Source: Candidatus Zixiibacteriota bacterium (GTDB lineage Bacteria; RBG-13-66-14; B26-G2; WVWN01). From it: a DNA stretch of 32,335 nt. Location of the stretch: NCBI GenBank assembly GCA_050117845.1, contig JASFLY010000029.1:1-32335 (forward strand), given 5' to 3'. Below, in pieces: positions 1 through 8,027 of the stretch. A program made the translations under genes and the position numbers. The notes under the pieces were generated by a model that saw nothing but the letters and a program-made list of their open reading frames with translations, ran no database searches and had not been told where the DNA came from. The number at the start of each line of letters is the position of its first letter. Positions within the stretch are counted from its first letter, which is position 1.

Positions 1-20
1 TTATCTATTTAAGCATACGG

Positions 21-1163
21 TTATTCTTCACGTTCTACTATATCTAGGCCCCGCTCCCGGAGGGCCTCGACGAAGGGCCCCGGTTCGACGGCGACTTCCG
101 GCGGGCACGCGCCGGCCTTATTAATTTTATCCTCCGCGAGGAGCGTGGCGGCGACCGCCACCGGGAAGCCGGTCGTCCGCTGCATGGCCGTGAGGCCCGA
201 CGGCCCGTCGGCATAGTCCACCAGTTCGTACGAGAAGGTTTTATCCGCGCCGGCGGCCGTGCCGGCCGCCCGACAGCGCACGAGGACGAGGTCGTCCTTG
301 CCCTCGGGCAGGCTCGCGACGAGGCGCTCGGCGAAGACGTCCCGCGGCCTTATGGCGACGCCGCCGATGCTTATCTCCCGCTCGTCGGCGAGACCCAGAT
401 CGAATAGGGGTTTTATTTTGGCGCAGTGGCCGGGGTAGCGTATCGTCTTGTAGTCGAGGTCGCGGACGCGGCCGCCGTACGTAAGGGGCAGCGTGGAGGT
501 GCCGCCGGAGGTATTGAAGGCCTCGACGCGGCCCACCGGAGGAAAGTCGAACTCTTCCACGTCGGTAAGCGGCGGGAGCGTCGCAACGTCGCCGCCCCGC
601 AGGACCAGACACGGCTCGGCGTACTCGTTTATCAGGCCGTAGGGCGAGAAGACGAGGGCGTAGCCGAGCGGCGGCTCGGCGTTCCGGGGCAGGCCGCCGA
701 CGCGGATAGTAACCCTGTCCGCCGTATCGAGGCGGCTTATCAGGCCGGCGGCGAGGACGTTGGTCATGCCGGGCGCGAGGCCCATATCCGGGATTATGGC
801 GACGCCGGCCTCCCGGGCCTCGGCGTCGAGGGCGAGTTCCGCGGCGACGACGTCGTTGTTGCCGCCCATGTCGACGAAGTGGGCCCCGGCCGCCACGGCC
901 GCCCGGGCGAGCGTCACGTTATACCGGTACGGCGCGGCGGAGACGCAAACGTCGTGATCCGCGATGACGGCTTTGGCGGCGGCTTCGTCGCCGGCTTCCA
1001 GTTGCGCGGCGGCGGTCTTGCCCTCGCCCCGGCGGCGCGCGAGGTCCTCCGCCCGGGCCGGGTCGGCGTCGGCAAGGGTGACCCGTTCGTAACCGGCGAA
1101 ATTCACGAAGTCGTGGAGAACGGCCTCGGCCATGCGGCCGGCGCCGATGATAACGGCCTTCAT
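21..1163 (-). CDS. Saccharopine dehydrogenase / lysine 6-dehydrogenase family NAD(P)-dependent oxidoreductase
   Basis: N-terminal Rossmann motif IIGAGRMA; family motifs GLAPGMTN, VGGLP, GLINEY, YKTIRYPGH, AMQRTTG. Start moved to ATG 1163, which follows a GGAGG RBS. Confidence 0.88.
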   Translation of the reverse strand: MKAVIIGAGRMAEAVLHDFVNFAGYERVTLADADPARAEDLARRRGEGKTAAAQLEAGDEAAAKAVIADHDVCVSAAPYRYNVTLARAAVAAGAHFVDMGGNNDVVAAELALDAEAREAGVAIIPDMGLAPGMTNVLAAGLISRLDTADRVTIRVGGLPRNAEPPLGYALVFSPYGLINEYAEPCLVLRGGDVATLPPLTDVEEFDFPPVGRVEAFNTSGGTSTLPLTYGGRVRDLDYKTIRYPGHCAKIKPLFDLGLADEREISIGGVAIRPRDVFAERLVASLPEGKDDLVLVRCRAAGTAAGADKTFSYELVDYADGPSGLTAMQRTTGFPVAVAATLLAEDKINKAGACPPEVAVEPGPFVEALRERGLDIVEREE

Positions 1164-1191
1164 AAAACCTCCTCGAGTAGGTTTTCCTCGC

Positions 1192-1220
1192 AGATTACGC
1201 TGGCGCGGCGCGCTTGTCAA
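1192..1220 (-). promoter_or_regulatory. Sigma70-type promoter for the saccharopine dehydrogenase-like gene
   Basis: Minus strand TTGACA (1220-1215), 17 bp spacer, TAATCT (1197-1192). Confidence 0.6.
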
Positions 1221-1312
1221 GCGGGATTATAAAGCTTGCGCCGGAGACGTTTTATGTGTTAAAAAACATGGGGATAATTTGTATCAAATCAGAATAAGGA
1301 GCAGGACGGACC

Positions 1313-2368
1313 GTGCATAAAATCGTAATCGTATTCCTGATCCTCCGGGACGCCGCGACGCGGTACAAGGGCCTTATCGTCCGATTGCTCGCGGCTTTTC
1401 TGGGGGCGCTCGTCGTCGGGACCGTGGCCTTCTACTTCATCGAGGGGCCGCAACAGGGAGGCGTCGGTTTCATCGAGTGGTTCTGGTCCACGTTCTTCAC
1501 GATGATATCGGGCGACTTCGTCGAGGTCAAGCCGGTCACGGCGGCCGGGAAAGTACTCGTCACGATATTGATATTTTTCGGAATAGGTTTCGTCAGCATC
1601 GTTACGGCCAGCATCGCTTCGGCCCTCGTCGTCGAGAAACTGGAGGCGGGACGCGGCATGAAAAAATTGCACTTACGGGATCACGTTGTTATCTGCGGAT
1701 GGAATTCGGGCGGCGCCACGATTTTGGAGGAACTCTCGGCGGTGGTCAACGGCCGTGACCTGGTCGTCGTGGCGGACATGGATGAGGAGCCGTGGGCCGG
1801 CCGCACCGGCGGCCGCGAGGTCCATTTCGTGCGGGGCGACTGCACCGATGAGGAGGTCCTGGAGCGGGCGAACGCGGGCCGCGCCCACACGGCTATCGTC
1901 CTGGCCGACACGTCCGGCGGCCGGAGCTACGACGATGCCGACGCGCGGACCATCCTCGCCGTCCTCACGGTCGAGACCATGAACCGCGACGTCTACACCT
2001 GCGCCGAACTCGTAAACCACAAGAACCGCGTGCACCTCGAGCGCGTCCACGTCGACGAGGTGGTCGTGTCCGGCGAGTACGGCGGGAAGATTTTGGCGCA
2101 CTCGGCCGTCTACCACGGCATGTCGCAGGTGCTGTCGGACCTTTTGACCGGGGACGAGGGTTCGGAGTTCTACCGCGTCCCGGTCCCGGCGGAGGTGCGG
2201 GGCAAGGACTTCGAGGCGGCGCTTGACTACTTCCGGCGAGAACATCGCTCCATCGTCATCGCCGTCATGCGGGGCGACAAGGCCCTCGTCAACCCGGAGG
2301 TGGGTTTCGCCCTCGAGGACGGAGACGAGCTCGCCATCATCGCGCTCGACGACCCCGAGATAAAATAA
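1313..2368 (+). CDS. Two-TM potassium-channel-family protein with RCK (TrkA-N/TrkA-C) domains and a non-canonical filter
   Basis: TM-pore helix-TM topology with PVTAAGK after the pore; RCK motifs HVVICGW, FVRGD, DARTILAVL; C-terminal TrkA-C-like region. Confidence 0.85.
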   Translation: MHKIVIVFLILRDAATRYKGLIVRLLAAFLGALVVGTVAFYFIEGPQQGGVGFIEWFWSTFFTMISGDFVEVKPVTAAGKVLVTILIFFGIGFVSIVTASIASALVVEKLEAGRGMKKLHLRDHVVICGWNSGGATILEELSAVVNGRDLVVVADMDEEPWAGRTGGREVHFVRGDCTDEEVLERANAGRAHTAIVLADTSGGRSYDDADARTILAVLTVETMNRDVYTCAELVNHKNRVHLERVHVDEVVVSGEYGGKILAHSAVYHGMSQVLSDLLTGDEGSEFYRVPVPAEVRGKDFEAALDYFRREHRSIVIAVMRGDKALVNPEVGFALEDGDELAIIALDDPEIK

Positions 2369-2388
2369 CCCGATATTCCGTAAATAAT

Positions 2389-2415
2389 AAAGCCGGCCTT
2401 AGGGCCGGCTTTTTT
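2389..2415. terminator. Bidirectional intrinsic terminator between convergent genes
   Basis: AAAGCCGGCC-TTAG-GGCCGGCTTTTTT: perfect stem with an A tract on one side and a T tract on the other. Confidence 0.85.
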
Positions 2416-2438
2416 CATATCAAAGTCGTACGTGACGT

Positions 2439-3569
2439 TTATTCCAGGACGTGGATCTTGCGTTCCGCGCACATGTCCTTGAGGACCTGCGGCCACACCG
2501 TGACGCTGACTTCGCCGAGGTGCGCCGTGCGCAACAGGTACATGTAGGTCCGCGACTGGCCTATGCCGCCGCCGACGCTCAACGGGATCTCGTCGTTGAG
2601 GATGGCCTGGTGGTACGGCAGTTTGAGGAAGTCGTTCTGGCCGGTTATCTCGAGCTGCTGCTTGAGGGTGTCCTTGGTTACGCGGATGCCCATGGAGGTC
2701 AACTCGTGGCGGCGCTTGGTCACGGGGTTCCAGACCAGGATGTCGCCGTTGAGGCCGTGCATTTTCTTGCCGTTCTTCTCGACGGTCTCGGTGACCCAGT
2801 CGTCGTAGTCGGCGGCGCGCATCTCGTGGGGGTAGCCGTCCTCCAGCGTCCAGCCGATGCCGTAGATGAATACGGCCGGGTAATCCTGGAGGATGGCGGT
2901 CTCACGCTGTTTGCGCGGGAGGTCGGGGTAGCGGTCGAGGATTTCCTCGGCGTGGAGGAAGGTCAGCTCTTCGGGGATGGGAGGATACTTGTCGGTGTTG
3001 AGCTGGGGGAAGTTCTCGCGGGCGAACTGGCCGGCGCCGTAGAGGACCTTCCATATTTTCTTGACGATGTCGGTGAGGAAGTCGAGGTTCCGCTGGTCGG
3101 CGGTCATGACGCGTTCCCAGTCCCACTGGTCGACGTAGGAGCTGTGGTCGTGGTCCAGGAAGTAGTCCTTGCGGACGGCCTTCATGTCGGTGCAGATGCC
3201 CTCGCCCACGTCGCAGTCGAACTGCTTGAGGGCGACGCGCTTCCACTTCGTCGCGGCCTGGACGACCTGGGCGTCGATGGGGTTTTTGTTGTGGTCGTTG
3301 TTGATATGGAATTCGATGGGCGTACGCGAGCCGTCGCGGTCGAGGTAGTCGTTTACGCCGCTATTAACGTCCACGATAAGCGGGACCTGGACCATGAAGA
3401 GGTTGAGTTCCTTGCACAGGTTCTCCTCGATGTAATTCTTCACCGCGAAGAGGGCCTTCATCCGCTCCTTGGGCGGGAGTAGTGGCTCGTAATCGGTGGG
3501 GAGTATCTTTTCTACGTCCTCGTAATTACCGATGCCGGGGCCCGCCAGGTCTGCTTTCTTGTCTGACAT
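2439..3569 (-). CDS. asnA: Aspartate--ammonia ligase (asparagine synthetase A)
   Basis: Motifs KWKR, HSSYVDQWDWE, RAADYDDW, GLNGDILVWN, ELTSMGIRV, SVGGGIGQSR, HLGEV. Confidence 0.95.
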   Translation of the reverse strand: MSDKKADLAGPGIGNYEDVEKILPTDYEPLLPPKERMKALFAVKNYIEENLCKELNLFMVQVPLIVDVNSGVNDYLDRDGSRTPIEFHINNDHNKNPIDAQVVQAATKWKRVALKQFDCDVGEGICTDMKAVRKDYFLDHDHSSYVDQWDWERVMTADQRNLDFLTDIVKKIWKVLYGAGQFARENFPQLNTDKYPPIPEELTFLHAEEILDRYPDLPRKQRETAILQDYPAVFIYGIGWTLEDGYPHEMRAADYDDWVTETVEKNGKKMHGLNGDILVWNPVTKRRHELTSMGIRVTKDTLKQQLEITGQNDFLKLPYHQAILNDEIPLSVGGGIGQSRTYMYLLRTAHLGEVSVTVWPQVLKDMCAERKIHVLE

Positions 3570-3660
3570 TTTCCACTTCCTTGTTTATGGGGAATGAACG
3601 GTGAAAGAATAGATAAGTCCGGCATTATAAATTTTTCCGCCGGGAAATTCAAAGCTTTTT

Positions 3661-4503
3661 TTACTCGTCCGGCAACGCCAGGCGGTACTTCGCGAGCAGC
3701 GCCAAGATGGCCGTGGTCGGCGCGGGGTGGGACTCGCCGCCGACGAAATGGGGCCATCCGCCGTCGTCGTTCTGGGCCGCGGCCAGGAGCTTCAGGCATG
3801 CCTGAACGTCGTCGTCCGCGGCGCGGCGGCCGAGGCCCAGGAACACCGGCAGGGGGTTCTCGATGGGGTTTTTCCAGCCGTCCTTCTGCCGGCCGAGCGC
3901 CCCCGGCAGGCCGGCGAAGACGTCGTGGTTGGGGGCGATGCCGGCGGCCAACAGGCCCTGGACGACCCCCGGGACGGTCCACAGGTCGGTCCGGTCGGGA
4001 TAGCTTTCGGCCACCTGGCCGGGCCAGCCGCCGTCCTTGTTGCGCGTCCGCAAGAGAAGGTTCCGGGCGGCGTTCATCTGCCGGTCGAAACCGCCGGCCA
4101 GCGCCAGCGCGACTATCGCGTCGCCGGTCATCCAGGTTACGGTGTTCTTGGTGGTGTACCAATCCCACTCGCCGTCGATAGTGTCCGCCAGCGCCGGGTT
4201 CTCGCAGAAGCCGCCGTCCTCGCGCTGCTGCGCGGCGAGCCACGCCGCTCCCTTTCCGGCGGCGTCGGCCTCGCCCACCCGGGCCAAAAGCTCGACCCGG
4301 TCGGAGGTGCTGAGGACGCTGCCCGGGCCCCCGTCGGGCCCGGGAGCCGTAAACGAGCCGTCGTCGTTCTGGCGGCCGGTTATCGCGGCCACGAGTTCGG
4401 CCTTGCCCCGGCCGGGGTCGATTCCGGCCAGGCCGAGTTCGAGCTGGTGGTTGGCGCTTCCTTCGGAAATGATGTAGGCGGACGCTTTTTCGATGGCTCC
4501 CAT
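3661..4503 (-). CDS. Prenyltransferase/squalene-cyclase (QW) repeat-containing protein
   Basis: Repeated motifs QNDDGSF, QREDGGF, RNKDGGW, QNDDGGW; GAGGAGG RBS upstream. Confidence 0.75.
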   Translation of the reverse strand: MGAIEKASAYIISEGSANHQLELGLAGIDPGRGKAELVAAITGRQNDDGSFTAPGPDGGPGSVLSTSDRVELLARVGEADAAGKGAAWLAAQQREDGGFCENPALADTIDGEWDWYTTKNTVTWMTGDAIVALALAGGFDRQMNAARNLLLRTRNKDGGWPGQVAESYPDRTDLWTVPGVVQGLLAAGIAPNHDVFAGLPGALGRQKDGWKNPIENPLPVFLGLGRRAADDDVQACLKLLAAAQNDDGGWPHFVGGESHPAPTTAILALLAKYRLALPDE

Positions 4504-4659
4504 ATTTCCTCCTCGCCCCTTCCCGGAGGCGTCTGCCGGGTACTTCGCGGCGGCCTTCCTTATAACATAAAGGCCCCCGGCAATAAAGGCTTTTTATAGC
4601 GGGGGACGGGGGGTAATTTTAGCGGCGGAATCGGGGCCGGATCGGCCCGTTTTTCGCGC

Positions 4660-5253
4660 TCAAGGACGAGCGCGGTGGAGGAAATTCTGGAAGTAATATT
4701 CGCGCGAGGGCGCGAGTTCCTCGGGTTGGAGGCGGTATTTCTTGGGGGCGTTGAGGATGCGGGAATGGACCTCGGCGATGAGGCTGTTGCTCATCTCCTT
4801 TTGCTCGGCGAGCATGTCGGCGATGGGCACGCGGGACTCGGCCTGGCCCCGGAGGACCTCGACGATGTGGGCGTCCGCCGCCAGCGAGCTGACGGTCGCG
4901 TCGATGACCTCGAGGCGGAGCTGTTCGCCCCACTTGGTGTCGGGGACGTAGGCCGTGCAGAAGTCCACGGTGGCCTTGGCGGTCGGGACGGTCTGGCGGT
5001 TGATGGCCTCCTCCAGTTCCCCCGGGTCCTCGGCGAAACCGCCGGCCTCGACGAGCTCGTCGAGGTAGCGCCGGGCCCGGACGAACTCCTCGAACAAGGC
5101 CCCGCACTCGGCGAGCCACACCGCGGTGGGGACGGTCCCGTCCTTCTTGGGCTTTATTACGCCCTTGGGCAGGGGGCCCGTTTCCGCGACGGCCGAGGCC
5201 GCCCCGGCGAGGAGGGCGAGGACGAACACGAGTATGCGGTGCGCTTTGCTCAT
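4660..5253 (-). CDS. Hypothetical secreted alpha-helical protein
   Basis: Signal peptide MSKAHRILVFVLALLAGAASAVA from ATG 5253, 7 bp after the cyclase stop; coding-like codon bias. Confidence 0.7.
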   Translation of the reverse strand: MSKAHRILVFVLALLAGAASAVAETGPLPKGVIKPKKDGTVPTAVWLAECGALFEEFVRARRYLDELVEAGGFAEDPGELEEAINRQTVPTAKATVDFCTAYVPDTKWGEQLRLEVIDATVSSLAADAHIVEVLRGQAESRVPIADMLAEQKEMSNSLIAEVHSRILNAPKKYRLQPEELAPSREYYFQNFLHRARP

Positions 5254-5260
5254 TGCGGTT

Positions 5261-6487
5261 TTATCGCGCGTTTTTTTCCTGGCCGCGGGCGGCGCCGCGG
5301 GCCGCACCCTCGAGCAGCGTCTTGGCGGTCGGGTTGCCCGGGTCCAGCATCATGATGTCGGCGCAATGCTTGGTCGCGGCCTTGTAGTCGCCGGCGTCGA
5401 GCATGTAGCGGGCGAGGTGGAGCCGGGCCGGGATGTTCTGCTTGTCTATCTTCGCGAGCGTCGCGTTGAATATCTTCCGGGCGAACAGTTCGTCGGACTC
5501 GAGGCCCCGGGCGGTATAGGCGAGCGCGACCATGTTATTGACCGAGGACAGGTAGTCCCGCATGTAGGTCTGTTCCGGTTTACCGAGCTGGGATACGAAG
5601 TTCATGATGGCCGCGCCCAGGCGGATGATGCGGTCGGCGGCCTCCTGGGAACCGGCCTTCCCCGTCACGTCCATCAGCCAGTATCTCATAACGAGCAGGT
5701 AGAGCCAGAAGAGGTCGCGGCGCAGGTGCGCGGTCTGGATTAGTTTCACCATCCGTTCGACCGTGCGTTCCTTCAGATTCTCCGGGAGGAAGGCGAAGAT
5801 CTCGTGGTCGAGGAAGGACACCACCTCGAACACGGCCAGCGTTATGGCCGAGTCCTGGAGCTTCTGCTGGCGGTCGGAGGAGAACTTGACGGCGAATTTC
5901 GGCGGTTGCTCGACGATGGAGCGGACGTTGCCGCTGACGAAGATTTTAAAGAGCCGGCCGGCGCGCGAGAAGCCCTCCAGCTTCTTGCCGATATTAATGG
6001 CGAAGCCGTCGATGCGGGGGATGACTTCGCGGCTGCGCATCCGCCAGTCCTTGGTCTCCCGGATGACCTTGCCGGCGTGGAGGCCGATACCGACGTCGAA
6101 CAGGAGTCCTTTGTCCTCGTACGCCCGGAAGTTGAAGTCGGACGTGAGCCAGGCCAGCTTCATCTTGACTGCGAGTTGCATGGCGGAGCGGACGTCGTAC
6201 TCCGGGTTCTCCGAGTAGAAGAAGACGCGGACCTCGTCGCTGTCGATGTCCCACTCGTAGTCGACGCCGGCGCGGATGTCGGCCCCGCGGCCCGCGAGGC
6301 GCAACCGCGGCGTGTACCGGTATTCCCGCACGTGGTCGGTGATGACGTCGAACATCAAAGACTGGTACTCGGTGAGCATCCGGTTGTAGCTCGCCGGGTC
6401 CTGGACGCCCGAGATGCCGGTGGAGTTGATGATGTCGAGGAACAGCACCGTCGCGCGTATTTCTCTCTCTTCGACGTTCTCCGCCAT
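5261..6487 (-). CDS. Class III adenylate/guanylate cyclase-domain protein with C-terminal TPR region
   Basis: TVLFLDIINST (first metal-binding Asp), SDEVRVFF (second Asp), GIGLHAG, GFAINIGKKLE; C-terminal TPR-like LARYMLDAGDYKAA...LDPGNPTA. Confidence 0.8.
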   Translation of the reverse strand: MAENVEEREIRATVLFLDIINSTGISGVQDPASYNRMLTEYQSLMFDVITDHVREYRYTPRLRLAGRGADIRAGVDYEWDIDSDEVRVFFYSENPEYDVRSAMQLAVKMKLAWLTSDFNFRAYEDKGLLFDVGIGLHAGKVIRETKDWRMRSREVIPRIDGFAINIGKKLEGFSRAGRLFKIFVSGNVRSIVEQPPKFAVKFSSDRQQKLQDSAITLAVFEVVSFLDHEIFAFLPENLKERTVERMVKLIQTAHLRRDLFWLYLLVMRYWLMDVTGKAGSQEAADRIIRLGAAIMNFVSQLGKPEQTYMRDYLSSVNNMVALAYTARGLESDELFARKIFNATLAKIDKQNIPARLHLARYMLDAGDYKAATKHCADIMMLDPGNPTAKTLLEGAARGAARGQEKNAR

Positions 6488-6501
6488 ATTGATTCGTAAT
6501 T

Positions 6502-7137
6502 TTAAATCTGGAGGCTTTTGCGTTTCTCGCGGATGAAGTCTTCCAGATAGGCCACGCGTTCCTCCAGACGCGAATCGATGTCGTCCCGGAATTTGCGTTC
6601 GTCGGCGACGAAGGACGTGAACTCGTCGCGGATGACGGCGAGGGTTTCGGCGGCCTCGGCGTGGCCGCTTTCCAGGGCCGCCAGTTTTTCGCCGCAGGTG
6701 GAGCTGTTCCGGTCGTAGCTCTGTTTGAATTCGTTCAGCGCGGCGACCGCGGCCTCGAGGCGCTCGTCGTACTTCTCCATGAGCGATTTGACGTTCTTGC
6801 GGAGGGCCTCCACGTCGGCGGCGTTCTGTTCGCTGGCGGCGCCTATGCGTTCGCGCATACTCCGCGTCAGGTGCTCGATGTCGGCGAACGACTTTTCGAG
6901 CGCGGCCCGGTGCTTCGCGGCCTCGAGTTCCTGTTCCTCCAGGCGGCGGTCGACCGTGCCGATTATGCCGCCCAGCTTAACGCGGATCGTCAGGTATAAA
7001 AAAGTGACGGCTCCGGCGGCGAAGGCCGCCACGATTACCGCCGGATAAGGGTCGACGAGATAGAAAGCGCCGACCGCGGCCACGGCCGCGAGGATGAGTA
7101 CCGCCACGAACAATATGTCGAAGATGCGAAAGCCCAT
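6502..7137 (-). CDS. Membrane-anchored coiled-coil protein (2 N-terminal TM helices)
   Basis: Two hydrophobic segments within residues 1-51, followed by a long heptad-rich E/K/R/A/L region. Confidence 0.75.
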   Translation of the reverse strand: MGFRIFDILFVAVLILAAVAAVGAFYLVDPYPAVIVAAFAAGAVTFLYLTIRVKLGGIIGTVDRRLEEQELEAAKHRAALEKSFADIEHLTRSMRERIGAASEQNAADVEALRKNVKSLMEKYDERLEAAVAALNEFKQSYDRNSSTCGEKLAALESGHAEAAETLAVIRDEFTSFVADERKFRDDIDSRLEERVAYLEDFIREKRKSLQI

Positions 7138-7173
7138 TCGTTCCGTCCCGCGTTAATATGTCGGTTTTTAGTA

Positions 7174-7202
7174 ATTATACCACGCGGTTAATGTCCGGTC
7201 AA
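7174..7202 (-). promoter_or_regulatory. Sigma70-type promoter for the coiled-coil/cyclase operon
   Basis: Minus strand TTGACC (7202-7197), 17 bp spacer, TATAAT (7179-7174), preceded by an extended -10 TGn. Confidence 0.75.
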
Positions 7203-7230
7203 CAAACCTTTGTTCTTAAGAAATAAGGAC

Positions 7231-7953
7231 TTACGGGGCCCGGTTCGGCCGGCGCCACTCGGTCCACCAGAAACTCGCGAGTTCGGCCAGGATTTTCAGG
7301 ACGACGCCGGGGCGGGCCAGCGTCGAGCGGCCGGCGCGGCGCGGGAAGTAGTGGACGCCCATCTCGGCGACGCTAAGGCCCTGTCGCCGGGCCCGGGCCA
7401 GTATCTCCGCGTCGATGAAGGAGCCGTCGGAGCGGAGCGCGAGTTTCCGCAAGGCCGCGGTTTTGAAAAACTTGAACGAGAAATTGACGTCGCGCACGCC
7501 CAGGCCGAAGAGGGTGTTGACGAGCCAGTTGTACGCCGCGGTATAGACGGGCCGCCACCAGCTTTCGCTCCGGTCGAGGCGGTAGCCGACGAGGATGTCC
7601 GCGCCGTTGCGGGAGAGGACCTCGACGCCCCGGGGCACGTCGCGGAAGTCCACCGGGAGGTCGGCGTCGGTGTAGAAAATTAAATCCTTGCCGGCGGCGG
7701 CGAAGCCGTCGCGCAAGGTCCTTCCCAGTTTGCAGTTGCGGTCGTGGTGGATAACCTTAACCTCGCCGGGGTATTTTGCCTCGAACTCGTCCGCCAGCGC
7801 CGGCGTCCGGTCCGTCGAGCCGTCGTCCACTATTATAATCTCGAACTCGTCGAAGCGGCCCGCCAGGACGCCACGTACGCCCTCGACCGAGGCGGCCAGG
7901 TTGGCCTCCTCGTTGTAAGCCGGGAATATTACGCTCAAGCTTCGCTTCGACAT
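7231..7953 (-). CDS. Glycosyltransferase family 2 (polyprenol-phosphate mannose synthase-like)
   Basis: SVIFPAYNEE, IIVDDGSTD, DxD motif YTDAD, RRAGRS. Confidence 0.9.
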   Translation of the reverse strand: MSKRSLSVIFPAYNEEANLAASVEGVRGVLAGRFDEFEIIIVDDGSTDRTPALADEFEAKYPGEVKVIHHDRNCKLGRTLRDGFAAAGKDLIFYTDADLPVDFRDVPRGVEVLSRNGADILVGYRLDRSESWWRPVYTAAYNWLVNTLFGLGVRDVNFSFKFFKTAALRKLALRSDGSFIDAEILARARRQGLSVAEMGVHYFPRRAGRSTLARPGVVLKILAELASFWWTEWRRPNRAP

Positions 7954-8027
7954 CAGGGCTCGTTCGGGAAAACAGGGAAGGGGCGCGCGGCGGCCGGAAC
8001 ACGGGCCGGTTTGCCGCGACGGCGGCG

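Noticed and set aside
2451..3482. Long antisense and alternate-frame ORFs (e.g. 2451-3482, 8052-9194, 9517-10707, 18696-19877, 18830-19972, 25761-26792)
   Set aside because: They shadow well-supported genes and have R/G/P/A-rich or antisense-typical composition, as expected from high GC3 and few stop codons.
4660..5253. Paralogy between the two secreted helical proteins (4660-5253 and 29349-29810)
   Set aside because: They share only general composition and a mid-protein VP turn, with no convincing alignment by eye.
5261..7137. Bona fide Pycsar anti-phage system
   Set aside because: The TM partner is a coiled-coil protein unlike PycTM/PycTIR, the cyclase has a TPR tail, and the neighbourhood is not a defence island. 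Kept only as a loose analogy.
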